This document shows, one piece after another, positions 51,020 through 63,836 of a DNA stretch of 64,000 nucleotides. Numbering within the stretch: position 1 is the stretch's first letter; each line of letters opens with the position of its first letter. The translations under genes and the position numbers were made by a program. The stretch comes from Mytilus edulis. Lineage: Eukaryota. The notes beneath the pieces are model-generated. The model was not told where the DNA came from, did no database searches, and saw only the letters and a list, made by a program, of their open reading frames with translations. The stretch lies in the NCBI RefSeq assembly GCF_963676685.1, contig NC_092355.1:44826001-44890000 (forward strand), given 5' to 3'.

Positions 51020-54000
51020 CGCACACAAAATTCTTAAATCGTGCTGGTGGTTTTATATTACAACTCTTTCTGGTCGTGTTATTATCGGTGTTTCTTTCAC
51101 ATTTTCGATTTCTTTTGCATTTTCACAATGGTCTTGATTGTTTATTTCTCCATGTTCAAACTCGAATTCAATTTCTGTGTTTTCTAGTGCGTGTTTAATT
51201 TGTGAACGATTTCTACGTATGGTTCGCGCTCCAACATCAACTTCGTACGATCTGATGTTGACCTGTTGTTTGATAGTCCCTTTCTTCCACTCTTTGTTGA
51301 ATTTTGATGGTTGTAATTTTAAAGTATCTATTTTCTTTAACGTTGGTAAATCTTTTGTTCCTTGATTGTAATAGAATTGTTGCTTTTGTTTTTGTTTTGT
51401 CAATTCTATTTGTACCTTATTCGGGAAAACCACTTTCGGTCTCAGAAGAGTTGGCAAAAGTGTTCTAGTTTTTCTGTTCATAAGTTTTTCAGCTGGACTA
51501 TTGTCAAAACCCTCTGTTGGTGTATTCCTAAAATCGAGAAATGCTAAATATGGATCCTTTTTGTCAAATTTTGATTTCTTCATTAACCTTTTTACTGTTT
51601 GTACTGCTTGTTCCACTTTTCTATTACTTTGAGAATACAATGGAGATGAAGTGTTATGTTGAAAATCCCAGAGTCGGCTAAATTTTCTAAACTCTCCACA
51701 GTCAAATTGTGGACCGTTGTCTGTAAAACACACATCGGGTATACCGTGTCTTGCAAATTGAGCTCTGAGTTTTCTGATTACTTTTAGCGCAAGAGTATCC
51801 ACAAGATAATCGACTTCCCAGTAGTTAGAATAGTAATCTTCTGTCACTAGATAGTTCTTACTTTGAAATGCCATTAGATCGATTCCTACTTTTGACCATG
51901 GAGGACTTGATGTTTCGCATCTCTGTATAAAATCTTTTACTTCGGCATTCATTCCTGGCCAATAAAGACTTTCACGTGCTCTACGTAAGCAGCATTCTAT
52001 TGCTATATGTGATGGATAAATCTTTTTAATCATATCAGTTCTTAGAGATTTAGGAATAATAACTCTCTCTCCTTTGAATAAAAGACCATTCTGTAATGTC
52101 AGTTCATCTCGATCGTCGAAATATATTGATACGATTGATGGTACAATCCATTTGTTATTCGGCCATCCTTCCTGAATAACTTAATCCTTTCAGTTTGTGC
52201 ATTTGTTGATCATTCTTAGTATGTTCTTGAAGTTCAGAAATTCGCTCTTCAGATATCGGCAACTCTTCTATCATGTTAATGCTTTCAATTTCATCTGTTG
52301 TATGACTGCTATCGGAAGTCTCTTTTAAGTACGCTCTACTTAAAGTATCGGCTAAGTACATCTCCTTTCCTGGCCTATATTGCAGGATAATTTCGTACTT
52401 TTGTAAACGTAAAAGCATACGTTGTAACCGCCTTTGGTGCAGCATGGAGTGGCTTTTTCATGATTGATTCGAGAGGTTTATGATCAGATATTACATTTAC
52501 TATTCTACCATATGTATACGAGTGATATTTTTAAAGTCCGAAAATGACTGATTATAGTTCCTTCTCTATCTGAGCATACCTCGTTTCGGTATCAGTGAGA
52601 GTTCTACTCGCATATGCAACTGGTCTTTCTTCCTGCATAACTGCAGCACCAAGTCCAGTTTTTGAAGCATCGCTTTGAACTGTTAGCTGTAGTTAAGGTT
52701 CATAATATTTTAAAACTGGCTCAGCATGCAGTCACTAGCCTTTTAATTTTTTCAAGTGCTTTATCATGATTTTGAATCCAACGAAATTCAGAGTCCTTCA
52801 AAGTTAGCTTTCGAAGTGGCTCGCAAATGTCTTGGTAAGAACTTGCTTAGATATGTGACAAATCCAATAATTCTTCTTACTCCGGAAACATCGTCAGTTT
52901 TGGCATATCCATTCCGGAATATGACAGTTTTTGTCCATTCGTTTTTGATGCGTTTTGTTATTTGATTTTGCCATGTGATTATGGACTTTCCCAATTGATC
53001 TTCCTCTAAGTTCAGTATTTTTGTGATTTTACTTTTTACGGGTCGAATCTTTTCTGGATTCGGCTTCAAACCTTCACAGGTTACTAGATGTCATATGAAT
53101 CGAACTTCCTTCCATAACCTCAACTTTTCTTTGTTAAGTTTTAAGTTTTCTGTCCCGACAACGTTCCATTAAAGCCCGAAATATTTATTATCGTTGTCAT
53201 CAATGGCTTCTTCTTCTGTATCGCCTTCGCCATAGACCTTCCACAGCTTGGTCTTGCCTTCGTTGATATTCTTCTGGTGCAGAAGATAAACCGAACGGCA
53301 TTCGCAACCATCTGTAGTGTCAGAACGGTGTGTTGAATGTTGTCAACGACAAGCTTTCTTTATCCAGTTCCACATGCCAAAATCCATTCTTAGCATCAAC
53401 GACACTAAATACCTTTGCTCTACTCATTTCAGGTAGTAAATCATCGATAGTTGGAAGCGGATAATGACTTCTGTTCAACAGCTGGTTTGAATGTTTCGGA
53501 TCAATGCATATCCGAAGTTTGTCTGGTTTTACGACAGTTACCAAACTTGAAATCCACGACGTTGAAACTGGTTTCATAATTTCTAACTTTGTCAGTCTTT
53601 TCAAATCGGAATGAAACTTCTCTTTTATAGGTTTATAGCGACAGGTACTTTTCGTGGCGGATGCACTACATGATTTGCAGTATTGTCCAATTCTAAATGA
53701 TATTTTACTTCCAATTTACCAGTCCCTTCAAATATGACTGCATATTCCTTCATAACTATTTCTTTTAAAAGGGGTTTAGAAAGTGCACCTTGTCTCCATG
53801 CCTTAATATTTTCATAATTTACAGTTACCAAATTCATAGCTTGCACTGCTTTGCTACCTAACAACGGAGTCAAATTGCTATCTTTTACTACTACAAATTC
53901 TGCCTTAAACTTATTATTGTTCTTTGGATTCACCAATTTTAGAATGCATTTTCCTATCGGTTTTATTGTGGTACTGTTGTACATTGTTAGTATTTAACTT

Positions 54001-54520
54001 GTTTTCTGTAATTGGTTTATATCAAGCTTTTTCAATGTTCTTGCAGTGATTATAAATGCATGTTGCTCCACTGTCTAATTGAAATCTTGTTAATATTCTT
54101 TTCTCATTTTTGCCTATTATCTTCATAAATGCATATATGTGCCTGCTGTGTTTTTCTTTAACAGAGTTACTGTGTTTATTTCAAAATAATCATTACTTTC
54201 GTCGGACACTTCAGGTATTTCTCGTAGTCTGTGTCCTGGGTGACGTCTTTACCTTGATTTTTGATTTACACATACTTTCAAAATGATTTGATTTCCAACA
54301 TTTCCTACAATCCTTCCCAAAAGCGGAACATTTAGCCTTGTTAAATTCATGTTTTCTTCCCCAATATTTACAAGTCGAGAATGTTTGTGCGTAAAATGGT
54401 TTAGTTTTATGTGTATATTGCTTTTGCTGTTGATAATTAGGATTTCGTTGTTTGTGTTTTAAACCATGCACTTCCAAGTCAGAAAAACATGGGTTTTCTA
54501 GTGTATTTACTTCTGTTTCG
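51020..54520 (-). mobile_element. Decayed Ty3/Gypsy LTR retrotransposon internal region (gag-pol)
   Basis: Gag zinc knuckle CRKCWKSNHFESMC, protease FQLDSGATC (~54060-54085), RT (LRICIDP, DAKNGFWH), RNase H (DASKTGLAAV-like, YAQIEKEL), integrase (TDNGPQF, SNRKVE); order PR-RT-RH-IN; many stops and frameshifts; LTRs not found. Confidence 0.93.
52910..53038 (+). repeat. Interspersed repeat fragment inserted in Gypsy pol
   Basis: Matches 56278-56400 (…gattatggactttcc…ttcagtatttttgtgattttacttttt); interrupts EKIR/MPK. Confidence 0.8.
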
Positions 54521-54769
54521 GACCTTTTTATACTAGGCGACGTCCGAGCTAGTATCCTGTTTGATCTCCGTAAATTCATGCTACTGGGCGGATGATGTCC
54601 TCGGGGACAAAATGTCCACAGGACAATAAAAATCTCCCAAGTTTATACTTGATATCTTAACTTTACATGTACAAAAACGAAGCAACAAAACGTTTGAGTA
54701 ATTTAAAACCTCTTTCAAAAGATCTGATCCCCACTGTCTCTTTCTTTATGTGTGTGACCAATTGAAACC

Positions 54770-55800
54770 AGATTTCCCATGCATGTAACCAGTGTAACCA
54801 GCAATCCCCATGTATGTAACCATTGTAATGATCATTCTCAATGTATGTAACCATTGTACATGTTGTAACTCAACTTCCCCATGCATGTAACCATTACAAC
54901 ATGATTTACCATGTATGTAACCATTGTAACTGGATTTCCCATGTATGTAACCATTGTAACCTGTCTTCCCCATGCATGTAACCATTGCAACCAAACTTCC
55001 CCATGCATGTAACCATTGTAACCTAATGATCCATGCATGTAACCATTGTAACCCTCATTTTCCATGTATGTAACAATTGTTTCGTGATTTCTCATGCATG
55101 TAACCGTTGTAACTAGCAATCCCCATGTATGTAACCATTATAACCTGATTCTCCATGTATGCAACCATTGTAACCTGACTTTCCCATGCATGTAATTATT
55201 GCTACCTGATTTCCCATGCATGTAATTATTGCTACCTGATTTCCCATGCATGTAACAATTGTAACTCAACGTCTCCATATACTGTAAATTCAGAAATTAT
55301 TGCGAAAAATGCGACAGGGTTATAATTGCAATTATTTGAACTCACATTTCTTCATTTTTTATATGAATTAAACAGGATTTTTAACAATATCGCAAAAATT
55401 CAAATCGCATTTCAGTCTAAAATGACAAAATCGCAATGATAACATGGATAAATGCATACACTAATTTCGGAATTAACGGTATCCATGTAACCTGATTTTC
55501 CAGGTATGTAACCATGGTAACCATTGCAACCCTCATTCTCCATGCATGTAACCATTGCAACTGAACTTCCCCTTGCATGTAACCATTGCAACCGAACTTC
55601 CCCTTGCATGTAACCATTGCAACCGAACTTCCCCTTGCATTTAACCATTTTAGCCTGATTTCCCATGCATGTAACCATTATTTCCTATTTATGTAACCTT
55701 TGTTATCCCCCATCCATATGTATTTTATCATTGTAACCAGACTTCAACATGCATGTAACCATTGTAATCTAACTTCAATGTATATGTAATCATTGTAATA
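54770..55800. repeat. ~33-35-bp minisatellite
   Basis: Unit ~CCCATGCATGTAACCATTGTAACCTGATTT. Confidence 0.92.
55282..55479. mobile_element. Tc1/mariner-type MITE inserted in the minisatellite
   Basis: TA|CTGTAAATTCAGAAATTA...TAATTTCGGAATTAACGG|TA. Confidence 0.75.
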
Positions 55801-56771
55801 GCCTTACTCCTACCTACTCCGTTTGCAGCAGATATGGTCAATCATAAAGCTGTTATTGCATATCATTTAGTTATGGCACATGTGTGTTACCAATTTAACT
55901 AATTAACCATTGCTTCAATGGGGGTAACAAAACAAGATGCATATATTCAGGTTCACATTTTGTGCCATGTCTACTCCTTCTACAGATATAGATGGCTTTT
56001 ACAATTATTGTGACAAGATACTTTAAACCAGCTGTGTGAATAAGATGTAGATTCCTTAAATTTCGAAAGGACTACTCTATATTTTACATCAACTATCTTT
56101 AAAATTTTACAGAAATATCAAAACCTCTAATCTTTAAATTATTCTGCATTATCAAGTGACGCATCATTGTAAATATAACGGAATTTGATGAGACTGTCAA
56201 CAAAGTGAGAGGGTTAGCGCTATAAAACCAGGCTTAATCCACCATTTTCTACATTTGAAAATGCCTGTACCAAGTCAGGAATTTGACAGTTCTTGTCCAT
56301 TCTTTTTTGATATGTTTTGTCGTTTGATTTTGCCATGTGATTATGGACTTTCCGATTGGATTTTCCTCTGAGTTCAGTATTTTTGTGATTTTACTTTTTG
56401 AAAGATCGACAACATCATCTCATTAAACTACAAAAAATAACCCAGAAAAGTAGATATAAAATTCCTGTCAAAGTTCCAAGGTTCGAAGAGCCAGAGATAT
56501 TCCCACAACAAATAAACTTATAATAAATCATCTTATTACATTGGTTGCAATGAATTACATTGATTTCCCAGTTAGATAAAAACCGATAATTTCACATGTG
56601 AAATAAACGTGGTTATTTCACTCTCTGACGTCATACAACAATAGGCGTTGTCAAGACGTCGATAACGTCGGATCAAAACAAATTGTCAATGCGTAGGAAA
56701 AAGATATAGTTCCTTACATTTTCTACATTAATTTCATAAAAAAAAAGCCATTTGCCAATGTAATAAAAAGA

Positions 56772-56923
56772 ATAACTAATCGCCGTATTTGAATATCAAA
56801 AATAAGACAACTTGTGACCGAACGCCGCTATGGATTAAACTCGTGCTGCGCACTCGTTTAATCCATGCGTCGTTCGGTCACGCGTTGTCTTATTTTTGAT
56901 ATTCAAATACGGCGATTAGTTAT
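56772..56923. repeat. ~150-bp palindrome, probably the end of a Crypton-like non-autonomous element
   Basis: ATAACTAATCGCCGTATTTGAATATC... / ...GATATTCAAATACGGCGATTAGTTAT around TCGTGCTGCGCACTC; upstream TTTCACATGTGAAA palindrome. Confidence 0.6.
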
Positions 56924-58268
56924 ACTATAAAGAATGTTGGATTGTTTTCAATCAACAAATTTGGTGGATTGATATCTCAACAGACAGTTAGTTTTCTAAT
57001 GGGTTTTCATTGTGTGATTTGTTTTCGTACTCACATGAAGCAGAATTCATACAGAACCTTATCCAAAATAAAACGAATCCAACAAAAATCTTTAATTTCA
57101 CATTCAGATATATTATAATGATGAAAAATATAATACAACCATATATAAATGTCACAAAGTTGAATTCACTGCAAACATTTCCTGACAATGTAAAAACTAT
57201 CAGTGGTCAATATAGAGTAATCTATATACCAGAGCACTCATAAAACATATTTTGATGAATATGGATATTTTTTAAACAGAAAACTACATGCATTTAAATA
57301 ACTCTGGACTTTTTTAAATATTGATTGGTAAAACATATTCTCTTTTCTTTACTTGTTTAAATCAGCACAACAGAATGCTGGACCTACTGACCTACATACT
57401 ACCATTAAATTATGGACCCTTCCCTGTTTTTGAATACCTGTTTGATTGTTTTATTGTTTGCATACCATAACAATAGTCATTGTGGATTTACAAAATGTTA
57501 TTGTCAGATTTTGAACATATAACCCATATCCCCTTTTATTCCTCCTTTTTTATGTCATTGAAAATATATAAATAACTTCTCTTGATAGGTTTCTATTAAG
57601 AGGAAAGGTCTAATAATAAGGCACTTTCAAAAATCATTATTTTCATCTTCTTAAAATGAGACAGTGGAGAGCTTTTCAAATATTATATTGAAAGAAGTAG
57701 CCACAAACAAGCTTAAGATTAAAATTCCAGTAGTAAAGGAATGGTCACTTATATCTACATGAGTCAAATCAGTGAACACGAATTTGACAGTTGTGCCCTT
57801 TAACAGTATACTAATAATGTCATTTAGTTGGGAATAGTAAGATTTTAAAAACAAACATGAATGAATAAATAAATAAAACAATAAAAAAGACATAATGTAT
57901 ACAATCTCTAGTCTCAATATGAGATATAAAGTAAACAAACTCAAACAAACTTATAATGAAACAGCTGGTTATTTTACCCACCAAGATTTTTATAAAGTTG
58001 TCAAGTATAGTTTGAAATCAAAATGAAGATATATTTTGCTTTACATTTTTTCTGGAATTGTCAAAATTAACTTTGAATTAAAAATTGAGGGTAAATAAAT
58101 TAAAATCTCTGATGCCTTCAAATTTATGAAATGGACAATCGTAAAATAAAAAGGTTAAATAATTGATTAATACAACTGAATACATGGTCAGACATATGTT
58201 TGATTTTACTTTTGTTTTTACAATAACAGTTGTCCTTATTTCCTTAAATATACACTGAATAGCTGTCT

Positions 58269-58381
58269 TTAATAGAAGGCAGGCATACCATTCATAATGA
58301 TGTTGAATATCGTAAATGATGAAATTGTGACAGAGGCAATGGTTACACTCCCTAACACATATGATTCAACTTCAACCCATT
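58269..58381 (-). CDS. Cadherin-like gene 2 terminal (hydrophobic) exon
   Basis: ttttcag|; EWVEVESYVLGSVTIASVTISSFTIFNIIMNGMPAFY*. Confidence 0.7.
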
Positions 58382-61300
58382 CTGAAAACAGAACATACAA
58401 TTATTATCACACAATTTATAGGAAGTGTTTTGGCACTAGTTAAATACCAGTATTGTCAATGAAATTAATGATTCTTTATTTTAAATTAAGTTTTTTTATT
58501 ATTTAACTTGCGTTGCAGCAAAAGCCTCCAATGGTCAAGTTGCCTATTATACTTCATTGTGAACTGGGTAAATATGATATGAAGTTGTACCAAATTAGCT
58601 GATAAGTGCTAGCAGATAAGAAATAAATAAGATTTTTCAAAAACGAAGATCTTCTGTAGTAATCCTTATTGTAATTAAGGGGTGGTCATTAAGTATAAAT
58701 CAGAAGGGGGTCAGTAGTATAATATTGTCAAGAAAGTTTTGTACAAATTCAGGTGAAAATGTTCTTTTGGATATTCTTTTATTAAGAATGTTTAAAACAT
58801 TCTTCCCCATCATTTGTATGATCTTTGTTGTCTGTAATCTATTGGCTTTTAAAAAGATTTTTTTTTCTCATTTTTTTCTGATACACTATTGGAACATTTA
58901 AACAAAAGCCTTGAGATGTGTATGTATGTTGGCATTTGTTTTTGAAGCAGTTCAGTGTTCCTGTTGTAACGTTGTTTTCCTCTTATAGTTGATGTGTTTC
59001 TGTGGGTTTTGGTTTGTGAAACGGATTTGTTTTGATCAGCAGTATACTACTGTTAGTACATAACTAAATATCCATTACATTTATAAAGATTTCGTTTTTA
59101 ATTAACCTACCCTCTGGCAATTCATTGTCTGTACTATCTTTAGAAATCTCTATTCTCAGGAAACCCATGGTTGTATCTGTACCATCAGAACAGGAAATAT
59201 AAATCTCATATTCAGGGAAGGTATCTGCATTCAAGGTCGCCGAGCTACTCAGATGGATTGTCTGACCTAAAATTCAAAAGTACATCTTTTTCATTGACAT
59301 TTGCCATTAAAAAACATGACTTTTTGAAAAGTTTGAAAGAGAGTAGAGTTTTTGTTCTTTTTTTGGTACTTTTGTTTAGAAATTATCAATTTCTTTGCAG
59401 AATAGCAATGGTTTATCATAAATTTCCCATGAAAGTCTTCATAATGAAGTCTGGACCTACTGATGGACATATATATATACCTTCTAGAAAAAAGACATTT
59501 TCTGTTTCTGGATTTGTTTTTGTCATGTTACATGTGATTGGGTCTGGACCTTTAGATGGATCATCAACAGTGAAGGTATATAAAGCTCCAGTAGCTGTTT
59601 CTTCAATATATATCTTCTTGTTGAAATCTGGGAAGGTAGGCGGCTGGAATTCAATTGTATATGCATATTAGTCTATAAAAGTTAGTCAATATTCCAAAAT
59701 CTTTCTTCTTTTAAATTATCCATCGAGTATGGAGTAAACAAGCATTTAAATAAAAAAAAAAACGAAAATGTACTGTCATTGATATCAATGTCTTATGATC
59801 CTTTAAATTTAATAACAAAAAACATGATTATTTTCTGCATAGACCTTAAAGTATAAACAAACAGTACAATATGATGCACATACAATGTAAAATGTGGGAC
59901 CTAGTTAAATTAATGCATGACACATCACCTTTATAAATTAATGACACCAAATGCAATGAACAGCCAATTATTGATATTAATAACTATACCCCATTAAATG
60001 TTGTTATGGTAACAGTTCCAGTAACTCTGTTGTAGCAGGAATCCTCTGCCCACATGACATACAAGTGATACTGGTTTCTTTCTCCAACTATATGCAGAAG
60101 ATCATCTTTCACATGAACAGATTCTATAAGAAATAATTGTAATCCGTTACTGTAAAAGTTAGAGACTAGGCAATCATTTTCATATAGAATAATGACAACA
60201 AGCTATATTTGAAATTGAAAGAAAAATAATTATGGGCACACTACAACTATAAAATGGTCACATAAAGCATCTGTTTGTAATCTTAATATTGTTCTACTAG
60301 TATATTGTCTTAAGTACATTTCTGTCCCGTATGAATTGGTAAATACTATGAAAATTGCTTTGATGGATATTGTATTTAAAAGAAAACTTTATTTTACATG
60401 TTAGCCATGTCATATGTAATACTATATCTAGGTTTTAATTTTTTGCATTTTTTATTGTTTTAATTTCAGCAGTGTTTACTTAACCATAAACTTACTAGAC
60501 CAAGTATCAAAGTAGAAGTACTGATCATTATCATATTCTGGTTGGTAATCAACAAACCAATCAGCATAATCTGTGTCATTGAAGAAAAAATCTATCAGAC
60601 TGAAATCTATTGGTGAATGGTCTGGTATCGTCTTCTCATAACGTGATAAATTAAAGTAGGGTAGTGTATCTAAAAAAAAAAGAATATTGAATTATCATAA
60701 TGTCAAAGTTAAATATCTGAAAATGAACATGATTATAAACAGATATTTCAAATAAAAGTATACAATTAAACTTGAAATAGTCGAATGCAAACAAATAATT
60801 CCAAATTTGAATAGAACATGCTTTGTAACACTAAAAATATTCAGAAGAAAAATAAAGAATGAAGTTCACAATAATATTAGGCCAGGGTTTTTTAATTTGT
60901 TGGTTTACGGATTTTCCCCATGAAAAAGTCAGGTCGGTCGGTCGGGGAAAAAAATTAAAAAAAAATCTTTCAATGTCGACAGAAAAATATGGAAAATAAA
61001 TATCTTTCTAACAATATATTTGTTATGCTATTTTGTCATCATTTCTTAGATTATAGTTCGATGAAATGTTATTGCTCAGCTGTCATAAACATCCAATGAC
61101 ATTCTAAAAATTTCCCGTAAAAAAAGGGGGTGCATGGACAAAGACGAAATTAAATCGTCATTTCACAAACAAGAAAAACAGATTCGCGTACACAGGCACT
61201 TGTTTCTGTCAATGTGGTGTTTACTATCCAAACCAGTACAAAAACAGTGTTTTTTTTGTATTTTTGTACTGGTATGGATAGTAAACACCACAATGACAGA

Positions 61301-63836
61301 AACAAGTGCCTGTGTTCGCGTAGCTCTTAATCAACTCCAGAAAACTTATTTTGAATTATGATATTCAAGCACAAAAACTGATAAAGAAAAAAAATGTAAA
61401 AACGTCGTACGAAAATAAGTTTCAACACACGTGTCAAACAGACTCGTCCACGAGAAAAACGGGTTAATCTGTTGTCCTGCATTCCCGTTTTTTTTATCCA
61501 AATGGACGATATTTTTTTATTATCTATGAAACAAGAAAATATACCAAATGATCATTTAATTATCGACTCCTAGGAGTTGATATTAAGAATTGAACGATGG
61601 ACAGTTAGTGCGTGAATTTTTCTTGCTACCTGATGGGAAGGTATTAGGAGACGTGAATAATCAAAGTTTATTGATTGGTTAGGACAATCCAAACCTAGTA
61701 AATGTCCTTCAATCCCTTAGAGTATCGGATTTGTCCTTTCTATTTTAGCAATTAGATTTTGCCTGGTCATTAATCATGCATATTCATGATATTGGTACAC
61801 AGGTAACTTCTATCTATAAATAGTCGAATCTTCTGGAGTTTCGTAAACAAGTTAACAACGTTAAATGATATATACTACTTCATAACGTGTGTGGTAAAAT
61901 TTGTTGATTGATGCACGTGGCTATTCTAGTAAATGAATTAATCTACAAAGCAAGAGGCTAGAGCACTTTCCATATTCCTCAGCTAAGAGTCGACTAGCCC
62001 TTTTTGAAAGGCTAATGCTTGTATTCAGTAATTTAACTTGATGTCTTCCACCTGTCCACATTTGGACAAGTCTATTTCTATCAGATGATGCATCTTACGG
62101 ACTGATGACAAATACGGGAAACGAACTTATTGTGTAATAGGTTTTAAACACAGGTTTCGTTTTGCAGAATTATTTGCGCAATTGACATTTCAAGGTCAGT
62201 TATAATTGATTTGTCTATTTTTAGAAATGTAAACTTGAAGTTTTATTTTTTCACTATAGAAAGTGTTATCAATTTTGTTAGTGATTAATGCAATCATTTC
62301 ATAAGAAAAGAATATTTTAATTATTTTTTAGGGATAATGCATTTGTTAGGGTCGGCGGGAATAAAAAAAGTATGAAAAGTCAATTTTATTTTTATTCTGG
62401 AAATCGGCAAAATCGGGTTGGCGGATCCGTAAACCAACAAATTAAAAAATCCTGGCCTTATGGGGAAAAAAATCTTTGAAAATTTCATTGAAATTCAGTC
62501 TGTCAGTGAGAGAAGCTGCAGATATCAGTAACATCTTTAATTAATTTTTCTAAGTTAGTTTAATAACCCTATTCCAGTTAAAAGGCGTAAAAAAATCAGT
62601 ACCTGGATCATCTTCTGTTTTTGAGTCAATAATAAATTATAAAAGTTGTTTCCTCTTAAAAAGAGATTGATAATTTCAATGAACAAAATATATGATGTTC
62701 TAGCTTTAAACATGTTTGTACTGGATAATAACATTAAATAGGCTCTTTTAAGGTGGTACCTAACACCTGAACTAAAATTAATTTGGCTCGTTTAATTTTC
62801 TTTAAATTTTGACAAAGTATTGAGTTTGACCCTTTGACAAAAATATAAAAATTTCAAAAACTTTGAACCAACCGTTTAATCAGAAAAATTACACTGGTTA
62901 TATAGCAGTTTGACAAAAACTGATTTTGATCATCGAGAAGCTTAAAATTCCCTTAATAACACAACGTCATTAAAACGTTCTGCTGATTTTACAGAGTTAT
63001 CTCCCTGTAGTGTTAGGTACCACCTTAAACTCTAAGGAACATATTCCATGGAGTTCTTACTTTCTATCATGGTACACAATAATGAGTTTTTACTCAAGAC
63101 AAGAAAACTTTCAATGGGATACTCACCAGTCTATATATAAAGTTTTCTCCCGCATTCAAAACTGATAAAGAAACTCAAACATAAAATCTACAATGCACAT
63201 TAAACAATAATACCATTAAAATGTAAGGGAGATAATCCATGTAGATCTTACTTTCAACAGTGGTATACTGAATGGCAAACACTTGTTCATACAAAATCTC
63301 TTTGGTCCCATTCCAGTTGACCACATCACCATCTTGGGGATCCTCTGTAACAATTTTATAAGTATCTGTAGGACACAGGTTTTCCCTGAGATCTCTGTGT
63401 TCAGGATAAGAAGCATTGTACGAGGCATTGCACCAATCATAAGATAAAATCTGAGCTCCACCATCATACCTGAAATAATCTTGTCATATAAACAAGCTCT
63501 TCAAATTTATCCTGTAAAATTTCCAAAATATCAGAGCAATTACTCAATTAGTTTTAAACTTTAGTTTTAAAATAATCTAAAAATTAATATCTAAAATCTG
63601 CAAAAAATAATTTATAAGAATTTATTACAATCACTGAAATGTTTGATTCCTGGAGGTAACTTGAACAGCATCAAGGGTCAAGGTCAAATTTTGTCATTTG
63701 GTACATGTATTCCAATCACATGATGCTTCTACATACAAAGTTGTATATACTTACCATCCAATAAAATCTCTGGCGACTATAGTGATTCTTTGCTCATCTG
63801 GTGGGATGAATGTGTTTATCTTGTTAAGGTCAGTAT
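58269..63836 (-). CDS. Divergent cadherin-like membrane protein, 3' part (5' exons beyond window end)
   Basis: Minus-strand GT-AG exons 63836-63755, 63469-63252, 60669-60496, 60123-59990, 59643-59481, 59266-59111, 58381-58269(TAA) splice in frame (~346 aa). Two degenerate cadherin repeats (VENTLPYF...YEKTIPDHSPI...NDTD...YHLYVMWAED; FNGPPTF...IEE...VDDP...LNAD...YEIYISCSDG), then a hydrophobic C-terminus. Confidence 0.82.
59111..59266 (-). CDS. Cadherin-like gene 2 exon
   Basis: ttttag|...|gtaggt, phase 1-1; GQTIHLSSSATLNADTFPEYEIYISCSDG...LRIEI. Confidence 0.82.
59481..59643 (-). CDS. Cadherin-like gene 2 exon
   Basis: ttccag|...|gtatat, phase 0-1; PPTFPDFNKKIYIEETATGALYTFTVDDPSKGPDPITC. 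Confidence 0.8.
59990..60123 (-). CDS. Cadherin-like gene 2 exon
   Basis: ttatag|...|gtatag, phase 1-0; VHVKDDL...YHLYVMWAEDSCYNRVTGTVTITTFNG. Confidence 0.8.
60496..60669 (-). CDS. Cadherin-like gene 2 exon
   Basis: tttttag|...|gtaagt, phase 1-1; NTLPYFNLSRYEKTIPDHSPI...FNDTDYAD...YFYFD. Confidence 0.82.
60880..62457. mobile_element. Zator-like non-autonomous element in an intron of cadherin-like gene 2
   Basis: TIR GGCCAGGGTTTTTTAATTTGTTGGTTTACGGAT / ATCCGTAAACCAACAAATTAAAAAATCCTGGCC, TSD TTA, GGTCGG motifs. Confidence 0.85.
61191..61314. mobile_element. P-element-like hairpin MITE (124 bp), nested
   Basis: CACAGGCACTTGTTTCT...AGAAACAAGTGCCTGTG, 8-bp TSD TTCGCGTA. Confidence 0.88.
62752..63024. 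mobile_element. Kolobok-like MITE
   Basis: TTAA|GGTGGTACCTAACAC...GTGTTAGGTACCACC|TTAA. Confidence 0.85.
63252..63469 (-). CDS. Cadherin-like gene 2 exon
   Basis: tttcag|...|gtaaga, phase 2-1; YDGGAQILSYDWC...VFAIQYTTVE (a different frame from track ORF 63216-63467). Confidence 0.8.
63755..63836 (-). CDS. Cadherin-like gene 2 exon
   Basis: ttacag|...|gtaagt, phase 1-2; TDLNKINTFIPPDEQRITIVARDFIGW. Confidence 0.8.

Noticed and set aside
54663-55678. GYNGYMHG / MVTCMG repeat ORFs as a structural or byssal protein
   Set aside because: Unit length varies and shifts frame, a MITE interrupts the array, and no signal peptide or splice structure is evident
59171-59671. 166-aa plus-strand ORF
   Set aside because: Antisense to two cadherin-like exons and their intron; no recognisable motif
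63127-63161. Candidate 35-nt minus-strand exon (ILNAGENFIYRL) with good splice signals
   Set aside because: It ends in phase 0 while the next exon needs phase 1; skipping it restores VENTLPYF. At most a poison exon
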